Notes under the pieces: model-generated
The model's input: the letters and a program-made list of their open reading frames with translations, nothing else
What the model was told of the DNA's origin: nothing
Databases searched by the model: none
Translations under genes and position numbers: made by a program
Shown here: piece after piece, positions 18,694 through 27,523 of the stretch
Position numbering within the stretch: the first letter of the stretch is position 1
Layout of the letters: each line of letters starts with the position of its first letter
Source: Escherichia phage GA2A
DNA length: 40,470 nt
Strand: one strand, 5' to 3'
Sequence record: NC_031943.1

Positions 18694-19098
18694 ATGCTAC
18701 CATATCTCAACTCACGCGAAGGTCGCCACATGTGCGCCTGTCGCCTCTGGGAAGACGGGCAGTCTAACTTCAAGTCATTCGAGGACTTCAAGGCTCATAC
18801 TTATCGTATGGCTGACGAGTTCGACGGTGAAGAGTACACAATCTACGATGTCTCAGGTCAACCAGTAGCGTATCTCTACATGCTGGCTACCGCATCTTGG
18901 CACCGACCGACTCCCGGTCTTGACCTTTCAATCGTCGCTATTCGTCGTGACTCGCAGTCCTCCCGCAAGGTTCTTGAGACTGTCAGGCACATCATAGACG
19001 AAGAGTGCAATCGTTGGGGTCTTGGCTGGTATTCTCGTGTCAAGCATGTTTCTGGGTCGGTAGACATCGTAACAACTAAGGAGATTAACCGTGGGTAA
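18694..19098 (+). CDS. Hypothetical protein, gp7-like by position and size
   Basis: 134 aa versus 133 for T7 gp7. Confidence 0.55.
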   Translation: MLPYLNSREGRHMCACRLWEDGQSNFKSFEDFKAHTYRMADEFDGEEYTIYDVSGQPVAYLYMLATASWHRPTPGLDLSIVAIRRDSQSSRKVLETVRHIIDEECNRWGLGWYSRVKHVSGSVDIVTTKEINRG

Positions 19099-19339
19099 AT
19101 CAATCAGTAAGGCTTTCAAGAAAGTGGTGAAAAGTACGTTAGGGACCGTAGGTCTTGGCTCTGACGATGCACCTAATGTTGTTGAGGCTCAGACCCCAGC
19201 AGCACCAGTGGAAGTTCCGAACGACCAAGTTGAAGATGTGGATACTGAAACAACCGCATCTGACGAGAAGAAAGTGAAGCGGTCCGGTAAGCGTAGCCTT
19301 CAGGTCTCTCGCACCTCTGGTGGAGGCATCTCTATATGA
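19091..19339 (+). CDS. 7.3: gp7.3-like tail-associated protein
   Basis: N-terminus MGK...K..KKV and C-terminus KRSLQVSRTSGGGISI resemble T7 gp7.3 (ending SGGGINI); GTG start after AAGGAG. Confidence 0.75.
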   Translation: MGKSISKAFKKVVKSTLGTVGLGSDDAPNVVEAQTPAAPVEVPNDQVEDVDTETTASDEKKVKRSGKRSLQVSRTSGGGISI

Positions 19340-19746
19340 CAGACTGCATACTACATAAAGGCTGCGTTAATAATTCTGGGTATGGCCTGAAGTGGTATGC
19401 TGGTAAGCTGCGGGGAGCACACGTAGTGTCGTATCTCAATAACAAGGGACCTATACCAGAAGGGCTAGTTGTGATGCACTCTTGTGACAACAGATTGTGC
19501 GTAAATCCAGAACACCTTAGTATTGGGACCTACAGTGAGAACATGATAGACTGTGTTTCCAAGGGACGGAAGAACTCTCCGCATAGTGACAGCCACTACA
19601 ACTCCAAGCTGAGCGCTGAAGAAGTTAAGTCCATACGCAAGTCAGGACTAACGGCTACAGAGCTTACAGCCATGTATCCCGGAGTGTCTAGGAGAACGCT
19701 GTCTGACGTATTAACAGGTAAAACATGGAGGCACGTAGATGGCTGA
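19336..19746 (+). CDS. HNH endonuclease (homing-endonuclease-like), gene 7.7 position
   Basis: HSCDNRLCVNPEHL HNH core with upstream SGYG...GAHV; paralog of 30395-30844. Confidence 0.85.
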   Translation: MTDCILHKGCVNNSGYGLKWYAGKLRGAHVVSYLNNKGPIPEGLVVMHSCDNRLCVNPEHLSIGTYSENMIDCVSKGRKNSPHSDSHYNSKLSAEEVKSIRKSGLTATELTAMYPGVSRRTLSDVLTGKTWRHVDG

Positions 19747-21307
19747 ACGTGAAGGGTTCGCTGCTGAAGGCGCGAAGTCAGTTTATGATAGATTAAAGAA
19801 CGGACGACAGCCATATGAGACGCGCGCTCAGAACTGTGCTGCCGTGACCATCCCCTCGCTATTTCCCAAGGAGTCCGACAACTCGTCTACGGAATACGTG
19901 ACGCCGTGGCAAGCTGTAGGTGCTCGCTGCTTGAACAACTTGGCCGCAAAGCTAATGTTGGCGTTATTCCCGCAGTCACCGTGGATGCGACTGACAGTCT
20001 CAGAATATGAGGCCAAGACCTTGAGTCAGGACTCAGAGGCCGCTGCTCGTGTTGACGAAGGGCTGGCTATGGTCGAGCGTGTGTTGATGGCCTACATGGA
20101 GACAAACAGTTTCCGTGTCCCACTGTTTGAAGCTCTGAAGCAGCTTATCGTCTCCGGTAACTGTCTGCTTTACATTCCTCCTCCAGAACAAGGAACCTAC
20201 AGTCCCATGCGAATGTACCGCTTAGTGTCTTACGTTGTTCAACGTGATGCGTTCGGTAACATCTTGCAGATTGTGACTCTCGACAAGGTAGCGTTTAGTG
20301 CTCTACCGGAAGACGTGAAGTCTCAACTCAACGCAGACGACTATGAGCCTGACACCGAGCTTGAAGTGTATACGCACATATACCGTCAGGACGATGAGTA
20401 TCTGCGATATGAGGAAGTGGAAGGCATTGAGGTAACAGGGACCGATGGTTCCTACCCGCTGACTGCATGTCCATACATCCCGGTACGAATGGTTCGACTG
20501 GATGGTGAAGACTATGGTCGTTCTTACTGCGAGGAGTATCTGGGAGACCTGAACTCGCTGGAGACGATTACAGAAGCTATCACCAAAATGGCTAAGGTAG
20601 CCTCCAAAGTGGTGGGCCTCGTTAACCCGAACGGTATCACGCAACCTCGACGTCTGAACAAGGCGGCTACAGGTGAGTTCGTGGCGGGTCGAGTAGAGGA
20701 CATCAACTTCCTGCAACTGACGAAAGGTCAGGACTTTACGATTGCCAAGTCGGTGGCTGATGCTATCGAGCAACGTTTAGGCTGGGCCTTCCTTCTTAAT
20801 AGTGCTGTTCAGCGTAATGCCGAGCGAGTAACTGCTGAAGAGATTCGTTATGTTGCTGGCGAACTGGAGGCGACCTTAGGTGGCGTGTACTCAGTACAGT
20901 CACAAGAGCTTCAGTTACCTATCGTCCGTGTACTGATGAACCAGCTTCAGTCTGCTGGCATGATTCCTGACCTTCCGAAAGAAGCGGTAGAGCCTACGGT
21001 CTCCACTGGTCTGGAAGCTCTGGGCCGTGGTCAGGACTTGGAGAAGCTGACTCAGGCAGTAAACATGATGACTGGTCTTCAGCAGCTCTCTCAGGACCCG
21101 GACATCAACTTGCCGACCCTTAAGCTGCGACTTCTGAACGCTCTGGGTATAGACACCGCTGGCCTGCTCCTGACGCAAGACGAGAAGCTGCAACGTATGG
21201 CTGAACAATCCGCTCAAGGAGCTGTGGTCAATGGTGCGTCTGCTGCTGGTGCTAACATGGGCGCTGCTGTAGGTCAGGGAGCTGGTGAGGACATGGCTCA
21301 AGCCTAA
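19739..21307 (+). CDS. 8: Portal (head-to-tail connector) protein
   Basis: 522 aa; extensive identity to T7 gp8 (YETRAQNCA, TPWQAVGAR, YRLVSYVVQRDAFGN, CPYIPVRMVRLDGEDYGRSY, VTAEEIRYVA, STGLEALGRGQDL). Confidence 0.97.
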   Translation: MAEREGFAAEGAKSVYDRLKNGRQPYETRAQNCAAVTIPSLFPKESDNSSTEYVTPWQAVGARCLNNLAAKLMLALFPQSPWMRLTVSEYEAKTLSQDSEAAARVDEGLAMVERVLMAYMETNSFRVPLFEALKQLIVSGNCLLYIPPPEQGTYSPMRMYRLVSYVVQRDAFGNILQIVTLDKVAFSALPEDVKSQLNADDYEPDTELEVYTHIYRQDDEYLRYEEVEGIEVTGTDGSYPLTACPYIPVRMVRLDGEDYGRSYCEEYLGDLNSLETITEAITKMAKVASKVVGLVNPNGITQPRRLNKAATGEFVAGRVEDINFLQLTKGQDFTIAKSVADAIEQRLGWAFLLNSAVQRNAERVTAEEIRYVAGELEATLGGVYSVQSQELQLPIVRVLMNQLQSAGMIPDLPKEAVEPTVSTGLEALGRGQDLEKLTQAVNMMTGLQQLSQDPDINLPTLKLRLLNALGIDTAGLLLTQDEKLQRMAEQSAQGAVVNGASAAGANMGAAVGQGAGEDMAQA

Positions 21308-21327
21308 ACTATCACTATAGGAACACC
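21305..21327 (+). promoter_or_regulatory. Phage promoter (phi9 position)
   Basis: TAAACTATCACTATAGGA; its TAA is the portal stop codon. Confidence 0.8.
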
Positions 21328-21422
21328 GAAAGTAAGAGCGACTAAGCCGACCATATGGTAGCCGTTAGTCCCACACTGCAAGTAGGTGTTTACCTATTAA
21401 CGACTTAAAGGAGAATGACTCA

Positions 21423-22307
21423 ATGTCTCAATCAGTTTATGCCGAGTTCGGCGTTAGCTCTAATGCAATCACTGGTTCCGTTGAGGACCTGAACGAACAC
21501 CAGAAGTCTATGCTTGAACAGGACGTAGCTGTTCGTGATGGCGACGACGCTATTACCTTCAAGCAACTGGAAGCCGAAAATGAAGAGGCTGACGAAGAAG
21601 ACGAGAACGTCGAAGAGACTGAAGGTGAAGAAGACCACGAGTCCGATGACGAAGAGTCTGAGGCCGATGGTGAGCAGCCTGAGTTCATCGAACTGGGTGA
21701 TGCACCGAAAGAGCTGACCGAAAGTGTCACCGCTCTGGATGAAAACGAAGCTGCATTCGACGACATGGTGTCTTCTGCTGTGGAAGCTGGCAAGGTCACT
21801 GCTGATGAAATTACCGCTATCAAGGCCGAATACGCCAAGGACGGTAAGCTGTCTGATGCATCCTACGCTAAGTTGCAGGAAGCAGGTTACACCAAGCGTT
21901 TCGTAGATTCGTTTGTCCGTGGTCAGGAAGCTCTGGCTGAACAGTATGCTGCTGGTGTAGTCCGCTACGCTGGTGGAGCTGAACAGTTTAATCGAATCCT
22001 GTCTCACCTTGAGTCAACCGACCCGTCAACTCGTGAGGCATTGGAAGCTGCTATCGTTCGTAAGGACATTGCGACTACCAAAGCTCTGCTGAATCTGGCT
22101 GGCAAGACTCTTGGTAAAGCTGTTGGTGTTAAACCTCAGCGTACCATCACCACTCAGGCTAAACCTGTGGTCGCACCTAAGGCTCCTAAGACCGAAGCAT
22201 TCAGCTCTAAAGCTGACATGATTAAGGCTATGAGTGACCCGCGATACCTGCGTGACGCTAAGTACACGATGGAAGTTCGAGCTAAGGTAGCTGCATCAAG
22301 CCTGTAG
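21423..22307 (+). CDS. 9: Capsid assembly (scaffolding) protein
   Basis: 294 aa, highly acidic; blocks DGDDAI, AESYAKL..GYTK.F.DS..RGQEAL.EQY, MIKAMSDPRY match T7 gp9. Confidence 0.92.
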   Translation: MSQSVYAEFGVSSNAITGSVEDLNEHQKSMLEQDVAVRDGDDAITFKQLEAENEEADEEDENVEETEGEEDHESDDEESEADGEQPEFIELGDAPKELTESVTALDENEAAFDDMVSSAVEAGKVTADEITAIKAEYAKDGKLSDASYAKLQEAGYTKRFVDSFVRGQEALAEQYAAGVVRYAGGAEQFNRILSHLESTDPSTREALEAAIVRKDIATTKALLNLAGKTLGKAVGVKPQRTITTQAKPVVAPKAPKTEAFSSKADMIKAMSDPRYLRDAKYTMEVRAKVAASSL

Positions 22308-22310
22308 GAC

Positions 22311-22333
22311 TAAACTATCACTATAGGGAGACC
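22311..22333 (+). promoter_or_regulatory. Phage promoter (phi10 position) with long 5' UTR
   Basis: TAAACTATCACTATAGGGAGA, closest to the canonical strong T7 class III start GGGAGA; ~105-nt leader with 8-bp inverted repeat TATTACTT/AAGTAATA. Confidence 0.85.
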
Positions 22334-22433
22334 AATAGACAGACTCAAGGTTTCCCTATTACTTCAGTCCATACGGATTGGGCGTACAGTAAGTAATAAA
22401 CTTTATCTTTCATTCGAATAGGAGAATTATCAT

Positions 22434-23480
22434 ATGGCAAACGTTCCGGGTCAGAAAATTGGTGCAGACCAAGGTAAAGGCCAATCTAGTGCAGACCAGC
22501 TAGCACTGTTCCTTAAGGTCTTCGCTGGTGAAGTCCTGACAGCTTTCACTCGCCGCTCTGTTACCGCTGACAAACATATTGTCCGCACCATTCAGAATGG
22601 TAAGTCCGCACAGTTCCCGGTAATGGGTCGCACCTCCGGTGTGTATCTTGCTCCCGGTGAGCGCCTGAGCGATAAGCGCAAGGGTATTAAACACACTGAG
22701 AAGGTTATCACCATTGATGGTCTGCTGACCTCTGACGTGATGATTTTCGACATCGAAGACGCCATGAACCACTATGACGTGGCGGGCGAGTATTCCAACC
22801 AGCTCGGTGAGTCTCTGGCTATCGCTGCTGATGGCGCGGTACTGGCTGAGATGGCGATTCTGTGTAACCTCCCTGCCGAATCTGACGAGAACATCGCTGG
22901 TCTGGGCAAGGCGTCCGTTCTGGAAGTTGGTACTAAAGCCGACCTGAACACTCCAGCCAAGCTGGGTGAAGCGATCATTGGTCAACTGACCATCGCACGT
23001 GCTAAGCTGACTGCCAACTACGTGCCTGCTGGCGACCGCTACTTCTATACTACGCCTGACAACTACTCCGCGATTCTGGCGGCTCTGATGCCTAACGCTG
23101 CTAACTACGCTGCGCTGATTGACCCTGAGACGGGCAACATCCGTAACGTAATGGGCTTCGTTGTGGTTGAAGTTCCTCACCTGACTCAGGGTGGTGCTGG
23201 CGAAACTCGTGGTGAAGATGGTATCTCCATTGCTTCCGGTCAGAAACACGCATTCCCGGCTACCTCCAGCTCTACCGTTAAGGTTGCTCTGGACAACGTT
23301 GTGGGCCTGTTCTCTCACCGTTCCGCTGTTGGTACTGTTAAGCTGCGCGACTTGGCGCTGGAACGTGACCGCGACGTCGATGCTCAGGGCGACCTGATTG
23401 TCGGTAAGTACGCTATGGGTCACGGCGGTCTGCGTCCAGAAGCAGCAGGCGCTCTGGTTTTCAGCCCAGCAGCTCCGTAA
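22434..23480 (+). CDS. 10A: Major capsid protein 10A
   Basis: 348 aa; LALFLKVF.GEVLTAF, GKSAQFPV, HTEKVITIDGLLT, EDAMNHYDV, LMPNAANYAALIDPE, AMGHGGLRPEAAGA match T7 gp10A. Confidence 0.97.
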   Translation: MANVPGQKIGADQGKGQSSADQLALFLKVFAGEVLTAFTRRSVTADKHIVRTIQNGKSAQFPVMGRTSGVYLAPGERLSDKRKGIKHTEKVITIDGLLTSDVMIFDIEDAMNHYDVAGEYSNQLGESLAIAADGAVLAEMAILCNLPAESDENIAGLGKASVLEVGTKADLNTPAKLGEAIIGQLTIARAKLTANYVPAGDRYFYTTPDNYSAILAALMPNAANYAALIDPETGNIRNVMGFVVVEVPHLTQGGAGETRGEDGISIASGQKHAFPATSSSTVKVALDNVVGLFSHRSAVGTVKLRDLALERDRDVDAQGDLIVGKYAMGHGGLRPEAAGALVFSPAAP

Positions 23481-23746
23481 CAACCCTTAAGATGACCGTG
23501 GCTTCGGCTCCGGTCGTCCAGACTGTTAGTGGCATTGTAGGAACGAGCATTAAGGTTGAACTCACAGAACTTGTGGATGTGACCGATTGGTCTCTGCTGG
23601 CTGTAAGTGTCGACGACCCTGCCGTAACCTACAGTCGCCGCACCAATAGTCTGTACTTTAAGGCTTCGGTGGCTGGTGACTACCAGATTATCATCAGCTA
23701 TGATGGCTCTCCTGTGAGAACCTTCAAGCTGCAAGTCACAAACTAA
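23456..23746 (+). CDS. 10B: Probable 10B C-terminal extension reached by programmed -1 frameshift
   Basis: Slippery heptamer GGTTTTC at 23456-23462 near the 10A stop; the -1 frame stays open to 23746 and encodes a beta-rich, Ig-like segment. Confidence 0.5.
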   Translation, partial: GFQPSSSVTTLKMTVASAPVVQTVSGIVGTSIKVELTELVDVTDWSLLAVSVDDPAVTYSRRTNSLYFKASVAGDYQIIISYDGSPVRTFKLQVTN

Positions 23747-23750
23747 TTGA

Positions 23751-23789
23751 AACCCCTTGGGTGCCTTCGGGTGCTTGAGGGGTTTTTTG
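23751..23789 (+). terminator. Tphi-like terminator for phage RNAP
   Basis: AACCCCTTGGGTGCCTTCGGGTGCTTGAGGGGTTTTTTG, GC stem plus U-run, same place and form as T7 Tphi. Confidence 0.9.
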
Positions 23790-23803
23790 CTTAAGGAGGG
23801 CCT

Positions 23804-24370
23804 ATGGCTCAGTACATTCCGCTTAACGCTAATGACGACTTGGATGCTGTCAACGATATGCTGGCTGCTATCGGTGAACCAGCAGTCCTACAGCTCGACG
23901 AAGGGAACGCAGACGTCTCTAACGCTCAACGTATCCTGCATCGTGTCAATCGTCAGGTCCAAGCTAAAGGCTGGAACTTTAACATCAACGAAGCTGCTGT
24001 CCTGACGCCTGATGTCCAAGACAATAAGATTCGATTCCTACCGTCTTACCTTCGGGTCATGACTGCGGGCGCTACCAGCTACTACAGTAACATGGGTGGC
24101 TATCTCTATGACCTCAGCACTCAGTCGACAACCTTCACCGGGCCGATTACAGTCGAGCTGGTGGAGATGAAGCCATTCTCCGAGATGCCTGTGGTCTTCA
24201 GGGACTACATCGTGACCAAGGCAAGCCGTGAGTTCAACGCTAAGTTCTTCGGCAGCCCTGAGTCTGAAGCATACCTGAGGGAGCAGGAAGCAGAGCTGTA
24301 CCAGCAGGTGATGGAGTACGAGATGGACACCGGGCGATACAACATGATGTCTGACATCGGGAGGGACTAA
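23804..24370 (+). CDS. 11: Tail tubular protein A
   Basis: 188 aa; blocks NDMLAAIGEP, GNAD..NAQRIL.RVNRQVQAKGWNFNI, FRDYIVTKASREFN, MEYEMD match T7 gp11. Confidence 0.95.
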   Translation: MAQYIPLNANDDLDAVNDMLAAIGEPAVLQLDEGNADVSNAQRILHRVNRQVQAKGWNFNINEAAVLTPDVQDNKIRFLPSYLRVMTAGATSYYSNMGGYLYDLSTQSTTFTGPITVELVEMKPFSEMPVVFRDYIVTKASREFNAKFFGSPESEAYLREQEAELYQQVMEYEMDTGRYNMMSDIGRD

Positions 24371-24597
24371 TGGCCACTCATAACCTCAAGATTAACCGAG
24401 AGTTCTTTGGTCCAGTGAAGCTGGGACTGAAGACCGCTGAGCTGAGACTCAACGACAGGGACTACAAGGTGGGCGATTGGCTCATCCTGAACGAGTACGA
24501 CAACGGGTACACTGGACAGCAGGTAGCACGTAAGGTTGTCCACGTGGCTGACGTAGGGTCCATAGCTCCGGGTTACGTCCTGATGAGCTGCATTTAA
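24370..24597 (+). CDS. Small ASCH/PUA-like protein inserted between tail tube genes
   Basis: 75 aa; ATG overlaps gp11 stop (TAATG) with RBS GGGAGGG; motif F.PVKLGLKTAELRLNDRDYKVGDWLILNEYD; no gene here in T7. Confidence 0.55.
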   Translation: MATHNLKINREFFGPVKLGLKTAELRLNDRDYKVGDWLILNEYDNGYTGQQVARKVVHVADVGSIAPGYVLMSCI

Positions 24598-24608
24598 CTG
24601 GAGGTGAT

Positions 24609-26978
24609 ATGCCACTTTATACACAAAGCATTAAGAACCTTAAGGGTGGAATTAGCCAACAGCCTGACATCCTTCGGTTCTCTGACCAAGGGGAGACCCA
24701 GATTAACGGATGGTCCTCTGAAAGTGATGGACTCCAGAAGCGTCCACCTACAGTCTGGAAGAAGCGACTAACCGCTCTGAACGAGGTTATCCCTGACCGG
24801 GCAAAGTTCCACCTGATTAACCGTGACGAGAATGAGCAGTATTACATCGTGTTCACTGGTAGTGATATTATGGTGTTAGACCTTGAGGGGAACCAGTACG
24901 CTGTGACTGGGGACATGAATTACGTTAACACCGACGCACCTCGTGATGACATCCGGGTTATTACAGTGGCTGACTACACGTTCATCGTCAACCGTAAGCG
25001 AGTCGTTAGGGAAGGGACTGAGGTCTCACATCCGGGATACGACATGAAGCACCGAGCGTTGATTAACCTTCGCGGTGGTCAGTACGGCAGAACGCTGACG
25101 GTCTCAATCAATGGTGGGGCCAAGGTAGAGCACACGCTCCCGGCTGGTAATAATGCTGAAGAGGACCCACCTAAGGTCGATGCTCAGTACATCGGTGCGC
25201 AACTGAGGACACTTCTGGTCGCTGCATATCCGAACTATACGTTCAACCTCGGGTCAGGCTACCTTGAGATTGTTGCTCCTGCTGGACAGTCCATCACCTC
25301 CGTAGAGACGACTGACGGTTACGCTAACCAGCTAATCACTGCGGTCATTGATACGGTACAGACTATCAGTAAGCTGCCTCTGGCGGCTCCTGAGGGTTAT
25401 ATCATCCGTATCCAAGGTGAGACCAACAGTAGCGCTGATGAATACTACGTTCGGTATGACACCCAGCGTAAGACTTGGCGTGAGACGGTTGAGCCGGGAG
25501 TGACTACAGGTCTGGACCCTGAGACAATGCCCCATGCTCTGGTTCGTCAGGTTAACGGGAACTTTACGTTCCAGACGCTGAACTGGTCTAAGCGCGGTGC
25601 TGGTAACGAGGACACTAACCCGATGCCATCCTTCGTGGATAACACCATCAACGATGTGTTCTTCTACCGTAATCGTCTTGGCTTCCTGTCTGGAGAGAAC
25701 GTTGTGATGTCTCGTTCAGCCAGCTACTTTGCGTTCTTCCCTAAGAGCGTGGCGACCCTCAGTGATGACGACCCTATTGATGTGGCTGTGAGTCACCCTC
25801 GAATCTCCATCCTGAAGTATGCCGTGCCGTTCGCTGAACAGTTGCTGCTGTGGTCGGATGAGGTTCAGTTCGTGATGACCAGCTCTGGAGTCTTGACCTC
25901 CAAGTCCATTCAACTTGATGTTGGCTCTGAGTTCGCTGTGAGTGATAATGCTCGACCGTTCGCTATTGGACGTTCAGTCTTCTTCGCTGCGCCTCGTGGA
26001 TCATTCACCAGCATTAACCGTTACTTTGCTGTGGCGGATGTGACAGACGTTAAGGACGCAGACGATACGACAGGGCACGTGCTCTCCTACATTCCGAACG
26101 GGGTCTTCGACATCCAAGGGTCTTCGACTGAGAACTTCATTACTGTGTCGACTGAGGGTGCTCCGAACAAGCTGTTTATCTACAAGTTCCTCTTCAAGGA
26201 TGGAGTGCAGCTTCAAGCCTCTTGGTCTCACTGGGAGTTGGAGCAAGGAGAGCAGATTATGGCCTCAGCCTGTATAGGGTCCTCTATGTACATCGTGCGT
26301 AAGCATGGCTACGGAGTTGACTTGGAAAAGCTGGAGTTCATCAAGGAGGCTGTGGACATCGGCGGGGAACCCTACCGTCTCCATCTTGATGGTAAAACCA
26401 CTATGGTCATCCCGACTGACGCGTTCAACCCTGACACCTACACCTCGTCCTTCGACGTTGGTGTGGCATACGGTGGAGTTTTCCCACCAGCAGGGAAGTA
26501 TGTCATGGTCGACTCCGGTGGGCGCTCCGTGCAGCTACCAGACACCGTATGGTCCAGCACCCGGTGGGTGACTGTGAAGGGCGATTGGTCAGGCAAGACA
26601 GTGTTCATCGGTCGTGTCTATAAGTTCACCTACGCCTTCTCTAGGTTCCTCATCAAGTACGAGGACCAGAACGGGACGATTACGGAAGACTCCGGTCGAC
26701 TCCAGCTTCGCCGCGCTTGGGTGAACTATCAGCGCACTGGCGCTCTGGTGATGCGTGTCGTCAACCAACAGCGTGAGTTCCTGAACACCCTTAACGGCTA
26801 CAAGCTTGGACTACAGGACATCGGTCGGGTCAACATTGGTGACGGTCAGTTCAGGTTCCCAATGAACGGAGACGCTCTGCACACTCGGTTAATCCTTGAG
26901 TCAGACTATCCGACCCCAGTGTCCATCGTTGGTTGCGGCTGGGAGGCTTCATATGCCCGTAAAGCCAAAGCTATCTAA
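24609..26978 (+). CDS. 12: Tail tubular protein B
   Basis: 789 aa versus 794 for T7; SIKNLKGGISQQPDILR, NGWSSE, VADYTFIVNR, RNRLGFLSGEN, DDDPIDVAVS, ILKYAVPF, GRLQLRRAWVNY, IVGCGWE match T7 gp12. Confidence 0.97.
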   Translation: MPLYTQSIKNLKGGISQQPDILRFSDQGETQINGWSSESDGLQKRPPTVWKKRLTALNEVIPDRAKFHLINRDENEQYYIVFTGSDIMVLDLEGNQYAVTGDMNYVNTDAPRDDIRVITVADYTFIVNRKRVVREGTEVSHPGYDMKHRALINLRGGQYGRTLTVSINGGAKVEHTLPAGNNAEEDPPKVDAQYIGAQLRTLLVAAYPNYTFNLGSGYLEIVAPAGQSITSVETTDGYANQLITAVIDTVQTISKLPLAAPEGYIIRIQGETNSSADEYYVRYDTQRKTWRETVEPGVTTGLDPETMPHALVRQVNGNFTFQTLNWSKRGAGNEDTNPMPSFVDNTINDVFFYRNRLGFLSGENVVMSRSASYFAFFPKSVATLSDDDPIDVAVSHPRISILKYAVPFAEQLLLWSDEVQFVMTSSGVLTSKSIQLDVGSEFAVSDNARPFAIGRSVFFAAPRGSFTSINRYFAVADVTDVKDADDTTGHVLSYIPNGVFDIQGSSTENFITVSTEGAPNKLFIYKFLFKDGVQLQASWSHWELEQGEQIMASACIGSSMYIVRKHGYGVDLEKLEFIKEAVDIGGEPYRLHLDGKTTMVIPTDAFNPDTYTSSFDVGVAYGGVFPPAGKYVMVDSGGRSVQLPDTVWSSTRWVTVKGDWSGKTVFIGRVYKFTYAFSRFLIKYEDQNGTITEDSGRLQLRRAWVNYQRTGALVMRVVNQQREFLNTLNGYKLGLQDIGRVNIGDGQFRFPMNGDALHTRLILESDYPTPVSIVGCGWEASYARKAKAI

Positions 26979-27005
26979 CTAATTGAATGGCCTATAGTTT
27001 CAACT

Positions 27006-27028
27006 TAACTATCACTATAGGGACTATA
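27006..27028 (+). promoter_or_regulatory. Phage promoter (phi13 position)
   Basis: TTAACTATCACTATAGGGA, flanked by inverted repeat GGCCTATAGT / ACTATAGGCC. Confidence 0.8.
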
Positions 27029-27052
27029 GGCCCTTTAAGTTATAGGAACTTT

Positions 27053-27523
27053 ATGTATATTCGTAAGGCTACTGAACCAGATGTTCACTACCTATTGGGA
27101 CATCTCTCACAGGATGACGTTAACGAGTGCAGGGCAAACTTCGGGTCGACCAAAGGTCTGACCGACAGAATGCTCAGTCACCTCACTCCGTCATCTGTGG
27201 TTTTGACGAATGGCGTAGGCGAAGTGTTTGCCTATGGAGGGAACCAAGGAGATAACGTGTGGTTCCTGACTTCAAGTCTTGTCGAAAGGTTACGTCCTAA
27301 AGACAAGCGTGAGTTCATTCAGCGCATCTCTGAGTACAGGGACTTAATGTTAGGCCAATACGGGACCATCTGGAACTACGTGTGGTCAGGCAATAAGTCT
27401 CACATTAAATTCTTGAAGTTGCTTGGCGCTAAATTCCATGATGATTGGACAGTTAGTCCAGTAACTGGTGAGCGTTTTCAATTATTCACTATCTCTAAGG
27501 AGGACGTATGTGCGAGCCAGTAA
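27053..27523 (+). CDS. 13: Internal virion protein A
   Basis: NVWFLTSSLVERLRP...FIQRISEYRDLML...IWNYVWSGNKSHIKFLKLLGAKFH...QLFTISK matches T7 gp13; start moved to ATG 27053 because track start 26987 is upstream of the promoter start site. Confidence 0.8.
   Translation: MYIRKATEPDVHYLLGHLSQDDVNECRANFGSTKGLTDRMLSHLTPSSVVLTNGVGEVFAYGGNQGDNVWFLTSSLVERLRPKDKREFIQRISEYRDLMLGQYGTIWNYVWSGNKSHIKFLKLLGAKFHDDWTVSPVTGERFQLFTISKEDVCASQ

Noticed and set aside
22500-23483. 327-aa minus-strand ORF antisense to the capsid gene; similar minus-strand ORFs at 20303-20773, 21432-22007, 33895-34329, 35040-35513 and 39066-39497
   Set aside because: Each lies fully inside a + strand gene with strong homology to a T7 protein. 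T7-like genomes are transcribed in one direction. None has a promoter or RBS context, so they are antisense shadows.
26987-27052. N-terminal extension of the gene 13 ORF from the track start
   Set aside because: The track start is upstream of the phi13 transcription start (~27020), so it cannot be on the late transcript. The T7 gp13 homology begins at the ATG at 27053.
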